From: a virus
Virus record (IMG/VR): IMGVR_UViG_3300029427_000002
Location: 1-60,106 of that record
Length of the DNA stretch: 60,106 bases
Direction: 5' to 3' (one strand)
This document shows, piece after piece, positions 17,854 through 26,344 of the stretch. The notes under the pieces were generated by a model. That model ran no database searches and had not been told where the DNA came from. It saw only the letters and a program-made list of their open reading frames with translations. The number at the start of each line of letters is the position of its first letter. Within the stretch, counting starts at the first letter, position 1. Made by a program: the position numbers and the translations under genes.

Positions 17854-18012
17854 TATTGATGCAATAGAAAAGTGATGGTAGCGGTAAATAGTTGCAAACT
17901 TTTATTCAAACATCATTGGTTCTTTTCGACAGGGATAGCGCCCTGTTCGTATCAAGTGTGAATTACCTACCAATTGGAAAGTGTCTACCATCACCTTTCT
18001 ATTGTATCAATA
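17854..18012. repeat. 28-bp imperfect inverted repeat (26/28) flanking 103 nt that contains nested stems
   Basis: tattgatgcaatagaaaagtgatggtag vs the reverse complement of ctaccatcacctttctattgtatcaata; no credible ORF between cro and the antirepressor gene. Confidence 0.8.
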
Positions 18013-18115
18013 AATATAAAGTTCTACAAGTTACAGCAGATAGGAATGAGCAGAATTGCTCAAATGCACCTTAAAAGGTCAAAATATATCACACATTATT
18101 TAGAAAGGAATGTTT

Positions 18116-18820
18116 ATGGAGCTACAGATTTTTAGCAATTCAGAGTTTGGAGAAATCCGAACCATTACTAAAGATGATGAACCTATGTTTTGCTTGGCTG
18201 ATGTATGCAAGGCATTGGAACTTACACAGCCGTCAAAGGTTAAAGAGAGGTTGAACCCAAAGGGTGTGAACAGTATTCCTACCCTTACAAAAGGTGGAGA
18301 ACAAAAGCTGTTATACATTAACGAGAGCAATCTTTACAAGACAATCTTTCAGAGCAGAAAAGAGAGTGCAGAAAGATTTACAGAATGGGTTACATCAGAA
18401 GTCCTTCCATCAATCAGAAAGACAGGAAGTTACAGTAAGCCTTTGACAACATCTGAACAGATTAGATTATTGGCACAGGGAAACACAGAACTCGCAGAGA
18501 GAGTTGATAAGGTTGAAGATAAAATAACCAGTATCGAAGAAGAAACTCCGCTTTACGGCTGTGAGATTGAAGAAGTGCAGAAACATGTTAGAAAGAAAGG
18601 AATTGAAGTACTTGGCGGAAAGGACAGCAATGCGTACAAAGACGGTGGTATTCGCGGTTCAGTATATTCTGATATATACAAGCAGTTAAAACGCGAATTC
18701 GGGTGCGTGGCGACATACAAGAGTATTAAAAGAAAATACTTGGCTGATGTACACGAATTCATAGACACCTATTTGTTACCAATAGCACTTGCCGAGGTGG
18801 TACATGATACAAACATGTAG
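18116..18820 (+). CDS. BRO-N/KilA-type antirepressor
   Basis: MELQIFSNSEFGEIRTITKDDEPMFCLADVCKALEL...FTEWVTSEVLPSIRKTG is a Bro-N domain pattern. Confidence 0.8.
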   Translation: MELQIFSNSEFGEIRTITKDDEPMFCLADVCKALELTQPSKVKERLNPKGVNSIPTLTKGGEQKLLYINESNLYKTIFQSRKESAERFTEWVTSEVLPSIRKTGSYSKPLTTSEQIRLLAQGNTELAERVDKVEDKITSIEEETPLYGCEIEEVQKHVRKKGIEVLGGKDSNAYKDGGIRGSVYSDIYKQLKREFGCVATYKSIKRKYLADVHEFIDTYLLPIALAEVVHDTNM

Positions 18821-18828
18821 GAGAAGAT

Positions 18829-19350
18829 ATGAAAGAAAAGATAATTAACATATTTGCAACACTGGCAGGAATCAGCCTTATAGCGTTGATTCTAAGATCA
18901 GTACAACCACAAGCTAAGATTAATCAGCAGAGTGCAGTGTTAAGTGAATGCTACAACTCACATGTTGATTATAAGGTTGAAACTGGAGAGATAAGTGTTG
19001 ATGAATATGAGTTATCGCTCATGGCACATTTGCTGATGGGTGAATGCGGAGCGACATGCAACGATGATGAAATGCTATATCTTGCAGGAGCCGTTGTTTT
19101 GAACCGAGTACAGAGTGAGTATTTTCCTAACAGCATTGAAGAAGTTATCTATCAATCAGGACAATATCAATGTACAGAACTTAAAAACAGTGGATTCTAC
19201 AAAGAACCAACAGAAAGATGTTGGAGAATAGCAGAAGAATTATTAATAAGCGGATATGACATACCTAGCAATGTGTTGTATCAAGCTGAATTTAAACAAG
19301 GTAGCAGTGTTTATAAGAAAGTGCAGAATATGTACTTTTGCTACAGATAA
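18829..19350 (+). CDS. SleB/CwlJ-type cell-wall hydrolase (Hydrolase_2) with an N-terminal signal anchor
   Basis: IFATLAGISLIALIL TM; LLMGECG...LAGAVVLNRVQSEYFPNSIEEVIYQSGQYQC motif. Confidence 0.75.
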   Translation: MKEKIINIFATLAGISLIALILRSVQPQAKINQQSAVLSECYNSHVDYKVETGEISVDEYELSLMAHLLMGECGATCNDDEMLYLAGAVVLNRVQSEYFPNSIEEVIYQSGQYQCTELKNSGFYKEPTERCWRIAEELLISGYDIPSNVLYQAEFKQGSSVYKKVQNMYFCYR

Positions 19351-19361
19351 GGAGTTTGTTT

Positions 19362-19658
19362 ATGGAGAAAAGAATAAGAGAAGAACTATTCAACTTAGGC
19401 ATTCACTCCAACAGAAAGGGTTATGTATACATTGTTGATATTATGAGCAGTCTTGATTCTGCATTAGCAATAAGTGACGCAGTTGAGAAAGTTGCCGAAA
19501 AATACAGCAAAAGCAAGGATTCTATCGGAAGTGCAGTAAGAAATGCTATTAAGACAGCAAATCATAGCCTTGAGGCATGGAAGAATTACGATTGCTTAAC
19601 AACAAAAGGATTTCTTACAGTAATGTATTACAGATGTAAGGAGAATGCCAATGAGTAG
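19362..19658 (+). CDS. Stand-alone Spo0A C-terminal (DNA-binding) domain-like protein
   Basis: LGIHSNRKGYVYIVDIM...SIGSAVRNAIKTA parallels Spo0A_C (GVPAHIKGYLYLREAI...RVERAIRHAIEVA); TAAGGAG SD. Confidence 0.65.
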   Translation: MEKRIREELFNLGIHSNRKGYVYIVDIMSSLDSALAISDAVEKVAEKYSKSKDSIGSAVRNAIKTANHSLEAWKNYDCLTTKGFLTVMYYRCKENANE

Positions 19659-19803
19659 CATAAAAAGAATCATTAAGTTGAATAGAAGCAGGCAGAGAGC
19701 CATGAGAGAAAAGGATTTTAGAAAGTTCTATACTTTCAGCTGCAAAATCCATCTGATTGAAAGAATGGATAAAGTACCGATAGGAAGTTACATATTAAAG
19801 TAA
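19651..19803 (+). CDS. Small basic protein (50 aa)
   Basis: AGGAG 8 nt upstream; overlaps the upstream stop; not in the track. Confidence 0.4.
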   Translation: MSSIKRIIKLNRSRQRAMREKDFRKFYTFSCKIHLIERMDKVPIGSYILK

Positions 19804-19815
19804 GGAGAGAAAGAA

Positions 19816-20472
19816 ATGGAAAATGCAATTAATAACAACAATATCACATTAGCAGGAGTAGTTGAGAAAGAGCCAGAGTACTCACATGAAGTACTTGGTG
19901 AGGGGTTTTATGTGTTCATGCTCAAGTGTTCAAGAACAAGTGGCAACAAAGACACATTACCAGTAATGATATCGGACAGACTTGCTGATGTCAGAGAAAT
20001 CAAAGTAGGACAGGTTGTCACAGTTTCAGGGCAGATAAGAAGTTTTAACAGACACATTGATGATGTGAAACGCAAGCTGATTTTATCTGTATTTGCAAGA
20101 GAACTTGAAATACTGGCACAGGACGCAACAGAACTACCATTCGAGGAAAATATTAATACAGTTATACTTGACGCTCATATCTGCAAACCACCTATATACA
20201 GATGTACTCCAAAGGGCAGAGAGATTGCAGATATCTTAGTGGCAGTAAACAGACCATATGGCAAATCAGATTACATACCATGTATAGCATGGGGAAGAAA
20301 TGCGAGATTTGCAGGTGAGCTTGAAGTTGGAGAACACATCCAGATCCAGGGAAGATTTCAGAGCAGAGAGTACGCTAAGAAGATAAGTGACAACGAGATT
20401 GAGACAAGAATTGCTTATGAAGTATCAGTAAGCAAGATTAATTACGCAGAGGAGGGCGAAGCTAATGCATAG
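19816..20472 (+). CDS. OB-fold SSB-like/annealing accessory protein
   Basis: 218 aa, two OB-like halves (NITLAGVV...VTVSGQIRSF; ...IQIQGRFQSREY). Confidence 0.5.
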   Translation: MENAINNNNITLAGVVEKEPEYSHEVLGEGFYVFMLKCSRTSGNKDTLPVMISDRLADVREIKVGQVVTVSGQIRSFNRHIDDVKRKLILSVFARELEILAQDATELPFEENINTVILDAHICKPPIYRCTPKGREIADILVAVNRPYGKSDYIPCIAWGRNARFAGELEVGEHIQIQGRFQSREYAKKISDNEIETRIAYEVSVSKINYAEEGEANA

Positions 20473-20656
20473 TGATATTACAGTTAGAGATTTAGCAAGT
20501 ATGGCTATTGATGAAGATGTGGTATGCCAGATATGGACACCGCAATACGGAACAGTATTTAATGGTTCGTTTGAGGAAGCTAAGTATTCAGTCTATGCGG
20601 ATAGGGAAATTGATAACTTCCAAGTTGAAGATGGCGTATTTGTTATGAATATATAA
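20465..20656 (+). CDS. Hypothetical protein (63 aa)
   Basis: GGAGGG SD; overlaps the upstream stop. Confidence 0.55.
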   Translation: MHSDITVRDLASMAIDEDVVCQIWTPQYGTVFNGSFEEAKYSVYADREIDNFQVEDGVFVMNI

Positions 20657-20676
20657 ATAAGGAAAGGATATTGTTT

Positions 20677-22620
20677 ATGAGAGCAACTTTAAAAAGGATA
20701 GTACTTGAAAACTTTATGTGCTACGCACACGCTGAATTTGATTTTTATGCCATTACAAAGATTATGGCTAAAAATGGCAAGGGCAAATCAACTATTGCCA
20801 CAGCTTACTTATGGTGCTTGTTTAACTGCGATTATGAATTAAAGGATAATCCGGTTGTTAGACGAGAGGTTGACGGAAAATCAGTTGATGATATGGACAC
20901 AAGCGTTGAACTTACGCTTGATGTTGACGGAAAAGAAATAACTATGAAGAAAGTGCAGAAACGTACTTATGGGGAAACTGTAAAGGACGGCGTTGTTGTG
21001 ACAACTGTAAGCGATACTAACTCATATTACATCAATAGCGCGCCAAAGACATTAAAGGCATTCAATGAATATCTTGATGTTAATATGAATATTTTCAAAA
21101 TGTGTAGCAATATCAATGTATTTCTTACGCAGAAGCCAAAGGAAATGAGAGAATATCTTTTCAGTTTAGTAAAGAAAACAACCGACCTTGATATGGCAAA
21201 GTCTAAAAGCAAACTTGCCGAATTAGTACCACTTCTTGAAAAATACACATACGAAGAAATACGTGCTATGAAAAATAAAATTAAAAAAGATGTTGATAAC
21301 AATGCCGAAAAGCTGAAAGGGCAGATTGAAGAGAAAGAGCGTGACATTCAGCTTAAACAGGCTATTGAAGTATCTGACCTTGAATTACAGAAGAACAGCC
21401 TTAAAGTACAGATTGCTGATTGCGTGGCAAAGCAGACAGACAATGAAAAGCTGATGGCTGAATATGACAAGGGTAGTTCGGATATTCTCAATTTGAAGTT
21501 TGAACTTAACGATATGTCACGCAAGGCTAATGAGGACAATGTTAAGGCAAGAAGAAATCTTGAATCACAGATTAGCAACCTTAATTATGTGATTATAGAT
21601 AGTAAGCAGTCAGTAAGTAGTGCAGAAATTATTGTTAGTCTTGATAAAGATAAAATAGCTGAATATCAGAAAACACTTGATGATAGCAGAACCGAATGGA
21701 AAGCCGGAAAAGAGCGTGTATTTGACGAGAATAACCTTATTTGCCCTTATTGCAAACAGGGATACCCGGAGGATAAAAAAGAGGAATTAAGGGCAGATTT
21801 CAAGGCACACAAAGAAGCAGAACTTAACAGAATTACTGATAAAGGCAACACAGCTAAGAAAATGCTTGATGAAATCAAAGGATTGTTAGTTGGAGCTGAA
21901 CAGGAATTGGCTGACAGAAAGCAGAAGTTAGAAAAACATTTAGTGGATTTAGCAGACCTTGAAAAGCAGTTAGCAGAACTTCCACAGGAAATTGATGTAT
22001 CAGCTACAGAAGAATACAAGGCACTTGAACAGAAGATTGCCGAAAAAGAAGAAGCTATGCACAAGGCTAATGATATTTCGGCGGTTAAGGCAGAATTAAA
22101 GTCACAGGAAACAGCTTTAAGGCAGCAGTTAGCAGAATGTGAAAGCAAGATTGCAAAGTCTGATACAGCAGCAGACGAACAGCGACTTGAAGAATTAAAG
22201 CAGACAAGGATTGATTCTGAACAGAATAAGGCTAATGCTGAGAAAATCCTTGATTTACTTGACGAACTGGATAAGGCAAAGAATGAAGCCTTGACAGAAG
22301 CGGTAAACAGCCACTTTGGGTTAGTTAAGTGGCAGTTATTTGAATATGCTAAGAATGGCAATTACAAGAGTTGTTGCATACCTACTGTTGACGGAAAAAG
22401 CATTTTAACAACTATGTCTAACAAGGGTAACAGGATTTTAGGCAGAGTTGATATTTGCAATTCTATTCAGAAGATTAGCAACATATCGGTGCCAGTCATT
22501 CTTGATGACACGGAAAACTTAGATAAAGCAAATCAGAAAAGGATTGCCGAAATGGTAGATAGTCAGTTGATTATGCTAATTGTTAATGATAGCGAGAAAT
22601 TAGAGATTGTGGAGGGATAA
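20677..22620 (+). CDS. Rad50/SbcC-like ATPase with a coiled coil and a CxxC zinc hook
   Basis: Walker A NGKGKST; ~400 aa of coiled coil with a central ICPYCKQ; C-terminal VILDDTENLD Walker B. Confidence 0.75.
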   Translation: MRATLKRIVLENFMCYAHAEFDFYAITKIMAKNGKGKSTIATAYLWCLFNCDYELKDNPVVRREVDGKSVDDMDTSVELTLDVDGKEITMKKVQKRTYGETVKDGVVVTTVSDTNSYYINSAPKTLKAFNEYLDVNMNIFKMCSNINVFLTQKPKEMREYLFSLVKKTTDLDMAKSKSKLAELVPLLEKYTYEEIRAMKNKIKKDVDNNAEKLKGQIEEKERDIQLKQAIEVSDLELQKNSLKVQIADCVAKQTDNEKLMAEYDKGSSDILNLKFELNDMSRKANEDNVKARRNLESQISNLNYVIIDSKQSVSSAEIIVSLDKDKIAEYQKTLDDSRTEWKAGKERVFDENNLICPYCKQGYPEDKKEELRADFKAHKEAELNRITDKGNTAKKMLDEIKGLLVGAEQELADRKQKLEKHLVDLADLEKQLAELPQEIDVSATEEYKALEQKIAEKEEAMHKANDISAVKAELKSQETALRQQLAECESKIAKSDTAADEQRLEELKQTRIDSEQNKANAEKILDLLDELDKAKNEALTEAVNSHFGLVKWQLFEYAKNGNYKSCCIPTVDGKSILTTMSNKGNRILGRVDICNSIQKISNISVPVILDDTENLDKANQKRIAEMVDSQLIMLIVNDSEKLEIVEG

Positions 22621-22621
22621 T

Positions 22622-22888
22622 ATGACGAAATTAAGAGTTTGGCATAATTGCCAAGTAGGAGCGGTTAAAAACTTTTATGTCGAAGTTGAAAGCATTGAAC
22701 AGGCTTGGAAAATTCTTAATACATTATGGGATTATGACTTGTTTCAGTATGAAAATCAAATAAAGCCGGATTACTGCAATGCTTCCGGACTTGAGTATTT
22801 TAACGAGGAAGAGCAGGAATGGTGTGAGTGGTACGACGATGACGGATTGGATATAAAAGAACATTTTGAAGAAAGCGGGGAAAGCTGA
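22622..22888 (+). CDS. Hypothetical acidic protein (88 aa)
   Basis: GGAGGG SD 5 nt before ATG 22622. Confidence 0.6.
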   Translation: MTKLRVWHNCQVGAVKNFYVEVESIEQAWKILNTLWDYDLFQYENQIKPDYCNASGLEYFNEEEQEWCEWYDDDGLDIKEHFEESGES

Positions 22889-23757
22889 TGAGTGCAAAAG
22901 GGTATAAAGCATTTAACAAAGGAATGATATGCAGAGGTAAGCAGTACGAAGAGAACACTACTTATGAAGAAAACGGAAATAAAATATGTGAAGCAGGTGT
23001 AATGCATTTCTGTGAAAATCCATATGATGTGTTGGACTATTATCCACTTGTTGATGAAAATAGCGGCATTCCAGATTTTGCAGATGTTGAAGCCGTTGGA
23101 GACATTTATAAAAAAGGGAATAAAACAGCAACAAACAAGCTTCATATTGGTGCAAAACTCGGGCTTAAAGGGTTTGTTAAGGCTTGCGTAGATTTTACTA
23201 TTGAAAAGACAAAAGTCGAATCTATAAAAGATAATGGCACTGATAATAGCAACAAGCATTCCACACAGATAGGTTCAAGTGGAAATTATGCACAGATATG
23301 CTCAAGCGGAGATTCCGTAACGATAGGTTCGGGTGGATATTCCGCAACGATAGGTTCAAGTGGAAATTATGCACAGATATGCTCAAGCGGAGATTCCGTA
23401 ACGATAGGTTCGGGTGGATATTCCGCAACGATAGGTTCAAGTGGAAATTATGCACAGATATGCTCAAGCGGAGATTCCGTAACGATAGGTTCGGGTGGAA
23501 ATTATGCAAAGATAATGTCAGAGGGTAAAAATTCTGTTGTCATGGCAGCTGGTTATGAATCAAAAGCAAAAGCAAAAATTGGAAGTTGGATTACGTTAGC
23601 AGAATGGATTAGAACTGGTGAAATGGACAATGATGGTAATTATATATGGATTCCTAGATGTGTAAAAACAGAATATGTAGATGGAAAGCGTATCAAAGAG
23701 AATACATTTTATAAATTAGTTGATGGCGAATTTAAAGAAGTAGAAAGCGAGGAATAA
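22888..23757 (+). CDS. Beta-solenoid repeat protein (nonapeptide I-G/C-S-S/G-G-x-x-x-x repeats)
   Basis: 289 aa; the central region is built from an 81-bp tandem repeat. Confidence 0.65.
   Translation: MSAKGYKAFNKGMICRGKQYEENTTYEENGNKICEAGVMHFCENPYDVLDYYPLVDENSGIPDFADVEAVGDIYKKGNKTATNKLHIGAKLGLKGFVKACVDFTIEKTKVESIKDNGTDNSNKHSTQIGSSGNYAQICSSGDSVTIGSGGYSATIGSSGNYAQICSSGDSVTIGSGGYSATIGSSGNYAQICSSGDSVTIGSGGNYAKIMSEGKNSVVMAAGYESKAKAKIGSWITLAEWIRTGEMDNDGNYIWIPRCVKTEYVDGKRIKENTFYKLVDGEFKEVESEE
23269..23500 (+). repeat. 81-bp tandem repeat, two base-perfect copies plus a partial third copy that diverges near its end
   Basis: Units start at 23269, 23350 and 23431 (ataggttcaagtggaaattatgcacagatatgctcaagcgg...). 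Confidence 0.9.
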
Positions 23758-23759
23758 TT

Positions 23760-24644
23760 ATGGCAGAGAATACAGCGGTTGCAGAAACAAAAGAAGCTGA
23801 AAGCAGAGAACTTGTAGCAAAAGATTTTACAGAGGGAATGGTTGTTAAAATTAAGCAGAAAGAGAAATTCGGCTTAACATTCCCTAAAGATTATAACTAC
23901 ACAAACGAGTTTATGTCGGCAATGCTGATTTTGCAGGACACAGTAGATATGAACAAAAAGCCTGTATTGCAGAGTTGCACAAGGGCAAGTATTGAAAATG
24001 CACTTGTTGAAATGGTTACGAATGGACTTTCAATGCAGAAGAAACAGTGCTACCCAGTTGCTTATGGCGGCAAGCTACAGTGTCAGAAGTCAGTGTATGG
24101 AAACACTTGTATAGCAAGGAGATTCGGACTTAAAGACATTAACGCAGCGGTCATTTATAAAGGGGATGTATTCAAGTACCACAAAGAGGATGCTAAGACA
24201 ATTATTGATTGCCACGAACAGAGTTTTGAGAATATCGACAATGACAAGATTGTTGGTGCTTATGCGGTAGCTGTTATGGATGACGGAGAGAAAATATCAG
24301 AAGTTATGACTATTGCACAGATTAAACAGGCTTGGAAGCAAGGATATGGCTACAAAGAGAATGGCAATGGCGCTCATCAGAAATTTGCTGACCAGATGGC
24401 TATGAAAACTGTTAAGAATAGGCTTCTTAAATATATCAATAATTCTCATAGTGGAAATGAAAATGAGGATTACGAGGAAATCAGCCACGATGAAATGCTT
24501 GAACAGGATGTTGCGTACGATATTGAGCAGAACGCAAACAGCGTTGATTTTGAAGAAAGCGACATTATCGAGGGTACAGCCACAGAAGTAACCGAAGAAC
24601 AGGCAGAAGATAGCACATTACCACCATTTATGCAGGCAGAATAG
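23760..24644 (+). CDS. recT: RecT-family single-strand annealing recombinase
   Basis: NGLSMQKKQCYPVAYGGKLQCQKSVYG...QKFADQMAMKTVKNRLLKY pattern; acidic tail. Confidence 0.75.
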   Translation: MAENTAVAETKEAESRELVAKDFTEGMVVKIKQKEKFGLTFPKDYNYTNEFMSAMLILQDTVDMNKKPVLQSCTRASIENALVEMVTNGLSMQKKQCYPVAYGGKLQCQKSVYGNTCIARRFGLKDINAAVIYKGDVFKYHKEDAKTIIDCHEQSFENIDNDKIVGAYAVAVMDDGEKISEVMTIAQIKQAWKQGYGYKENGNGAHQKFADQMAMKTVKNRLLKYINNSHSGNENEDYEEISHDEMLEQDVAYDIEQNANSVDFEESDIIEGTATEVTEEQAEDSTLPPFMQAE

Positions 24645-24655
24645 GAGGATTGATT

Positions 24656-24994
24656 ATGAGAGTAATTTCACAGGACGGAACAGTAGATATCCCATATGAT
24701 TATTTTTTATTATCTATAGATAGTGGAAAATTTTCGGACGGAGAAATTGCAATTATCTATTGTCGTAATTTATCATCGCCGGATGGCACAAAGTTAGCTA
24801 GATATTCAGCTAAAGAAAAGGCACTTAAGGCTATGAAAATGCTTAGAAAAGTGTATGAAAATAATGTGTTTTATCATTGCACAGCCAGTTCAAAGCGTTT
24901 TGAAGAAGTACAGAGTATTTTGAGCGAGGAACAATTTCAGAAAGCTACAACAGAGTACTTTCAGTTCCCACAGGATGATGAAATCGAGGTGTGA
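24656..24994 (+). CDS. Hypothetical protein (112 aa)
   Basis: AGGAGG 7 nt upstream. Confidence 0.6.
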   Translation: MRVISQDGTVDIPYDYFLLSIDSGKFSDGEIAIIYCRNLSSPDGTKLARYSAKEKALKAMKMLRKVYENNVFYHCTASSKRFEEVQSILSEEQFQKATTEYFQFPQDDEIEV

Positions 24995-24996
24995 GT

Positions 24997-25581
24997 ATGA
25001 GTATGTATAAAGATATGACCTCGATACTGAAAGATGGGCAGGTCGGAGACTTTAAGCTTCAACATTACGAAATTTCAGATAATAACTTTTATGCGATTGT
25101 TCGTTGTGGGATATCACCCGGAAAATATATAAGGCTTATTAACAGATGCGACTGCGTAATGTCTGATACTCCTATGGAAAAGAAAACAAATAGAGATTTT
25201 GTTTGCAATGCACACGGAAATGTCCTTATTGGTGGGCTTGGAATAGGTCTTATCATTTTGGCGATACAGGATAAAGAGGATGTTAAGCAGATAACAGTTG
25301 TTGAGAAAAATCGTGAAGTCATTGAACTTGTCGGAAAGCAGTTACCGCTTAATTCCAAAGTAAACATTGTGAATGATGATGTGTTTGAATATAAGCCACT
25401 GATTAAGTATAACACGATTTATATGGATATATGGAACTATATTAACGAGGATGTTTACAACAAACAGATGAAGCCTTTAATTAATCGCTACAGGAAATAT
25501 TTAGTTCCTAAAGCCGAAGATGAAAACAGGTATATTGATTGTTGGTGTAAAAGACAGGCAAAGAATGGAGAACGGATATGA
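24997..25581 (+). CDS. Putative class I SAM-dependent methyltransferase
   Basis: VLIGGLGIGLIILAI...VVEKNREVIELV...IVNDDVFEY resembles motifs I-IV. Confidence 0.5.
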   Translation: MSMYKDMTSILKDGQVGDFKLQHYEISDNNFYAIVRCGISPGKYIRLINRCDCVMSDTPMEKKTNRDFVCNAHGNVLIGGLGIGLIILAIQDKEDVKQITVVEKNREVIELVGKQLPLNSKVNIVNDDVFEYKPLIKYNTIYMDIWNYINEDVYNKQMKPLINRYRKYLVPKAEDENRYIDCWCKRQAKNGERI

Positions 25582-26332
25582 AGCTTAAATGTATCGCCAC
25601 AGGAAGTACAGGAAATTGCTACACCCTAACTTCCAATAGTGGAGAAACACTTATCCTTGATTGCGGAATACCGATTAAGGAGATTAAAAAAAGCTTAGAT
25701 TGGCACATAAGGGGGATAAGGGGCATGATAATAAGTCATGCCCACCTACCCTAGACCATAGCAAGTCATTAAACGATTTTAAGTCAATGGGAATACCAAT
25801 TTATGCACCATATATACAATACGCACAACACGAGGGCATACATCGTTGCCACACGATACCATTTAGTGGTTTTAAAGTTAAGGCATTTGACCTAACAACA
25901 ATAGACGGAAATTGGACACATACCAATGCAGACGGAACACCTTGCCCGATATATGGCTTTCTGATTACTCACAAAGAAATGGGGAGAATGCTTTACATAA
26001 CCGATTGCAATTTAATCAAGTGGAGATTCAAAGACATAAACCACATTCTTTTAGGTGTGAATTATGACAAGGATTTGGTTGATAAGGATAACGACCCAAA
26101 GACAAGACACGTTTTCAGAGGTCACTTATCCATTGACACAGCTTGTGATTTTGTTAAGGCAAATTATTCAGATAGCTTGCAAAACGTCATAATGTGCCAT
26201 CTATCAAGTGAAAATGCGGATAGCGATAGTTTCATCGAGAAGATGAAAAAAGTCGCTTGTGGGGCAAATGTAGATGTTGCGGCAGCAGGGAAAAGTTGGG
26301 GTTTGAAAAATCCTAGCGAATGTCCGTTTTAG
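25578..26332 (+). pseudogene. MBL-fold hydrolase interrupted by a frameshift inside the HxHxDH motif
   Basis: Frame 0 gives MKLKCIATGSTGNCY...GMIISHAHLP*. The -1 frame continues LDHSKSLNDF.... Removing 5 nt (CCCTA, 25749-25753) restores HAHLDH. Confidence 0.7.
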
Positions 26333-26344
26333 AAAGGAGTAGAA

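Noticed and set aside
17892-18074. 60-aa ORF between cro and the antirepressor gene
   Set aside because: It has a non-ATG start and no SD, and it lies across the long inverted repeat. An RNA or DNA structural role is more plausible.
21027-22361. Minus-strand ORFs (106, 76 and 204 aa) inside the Rad50-like ATPase gene
   Set aside because: They are antisense shadows of a Lys/Glu-rich coiled-coil gene; the Ser/Phe/Leu-rich translation is the complement bias.
23222-23528. ORFs 23222..23509 (-) and 23298..23528 (+) with internally repeated peptides
   Set aside because: They are alternative-frame readings of the 81-bp tandem repeat inside the solenoid protein gene.
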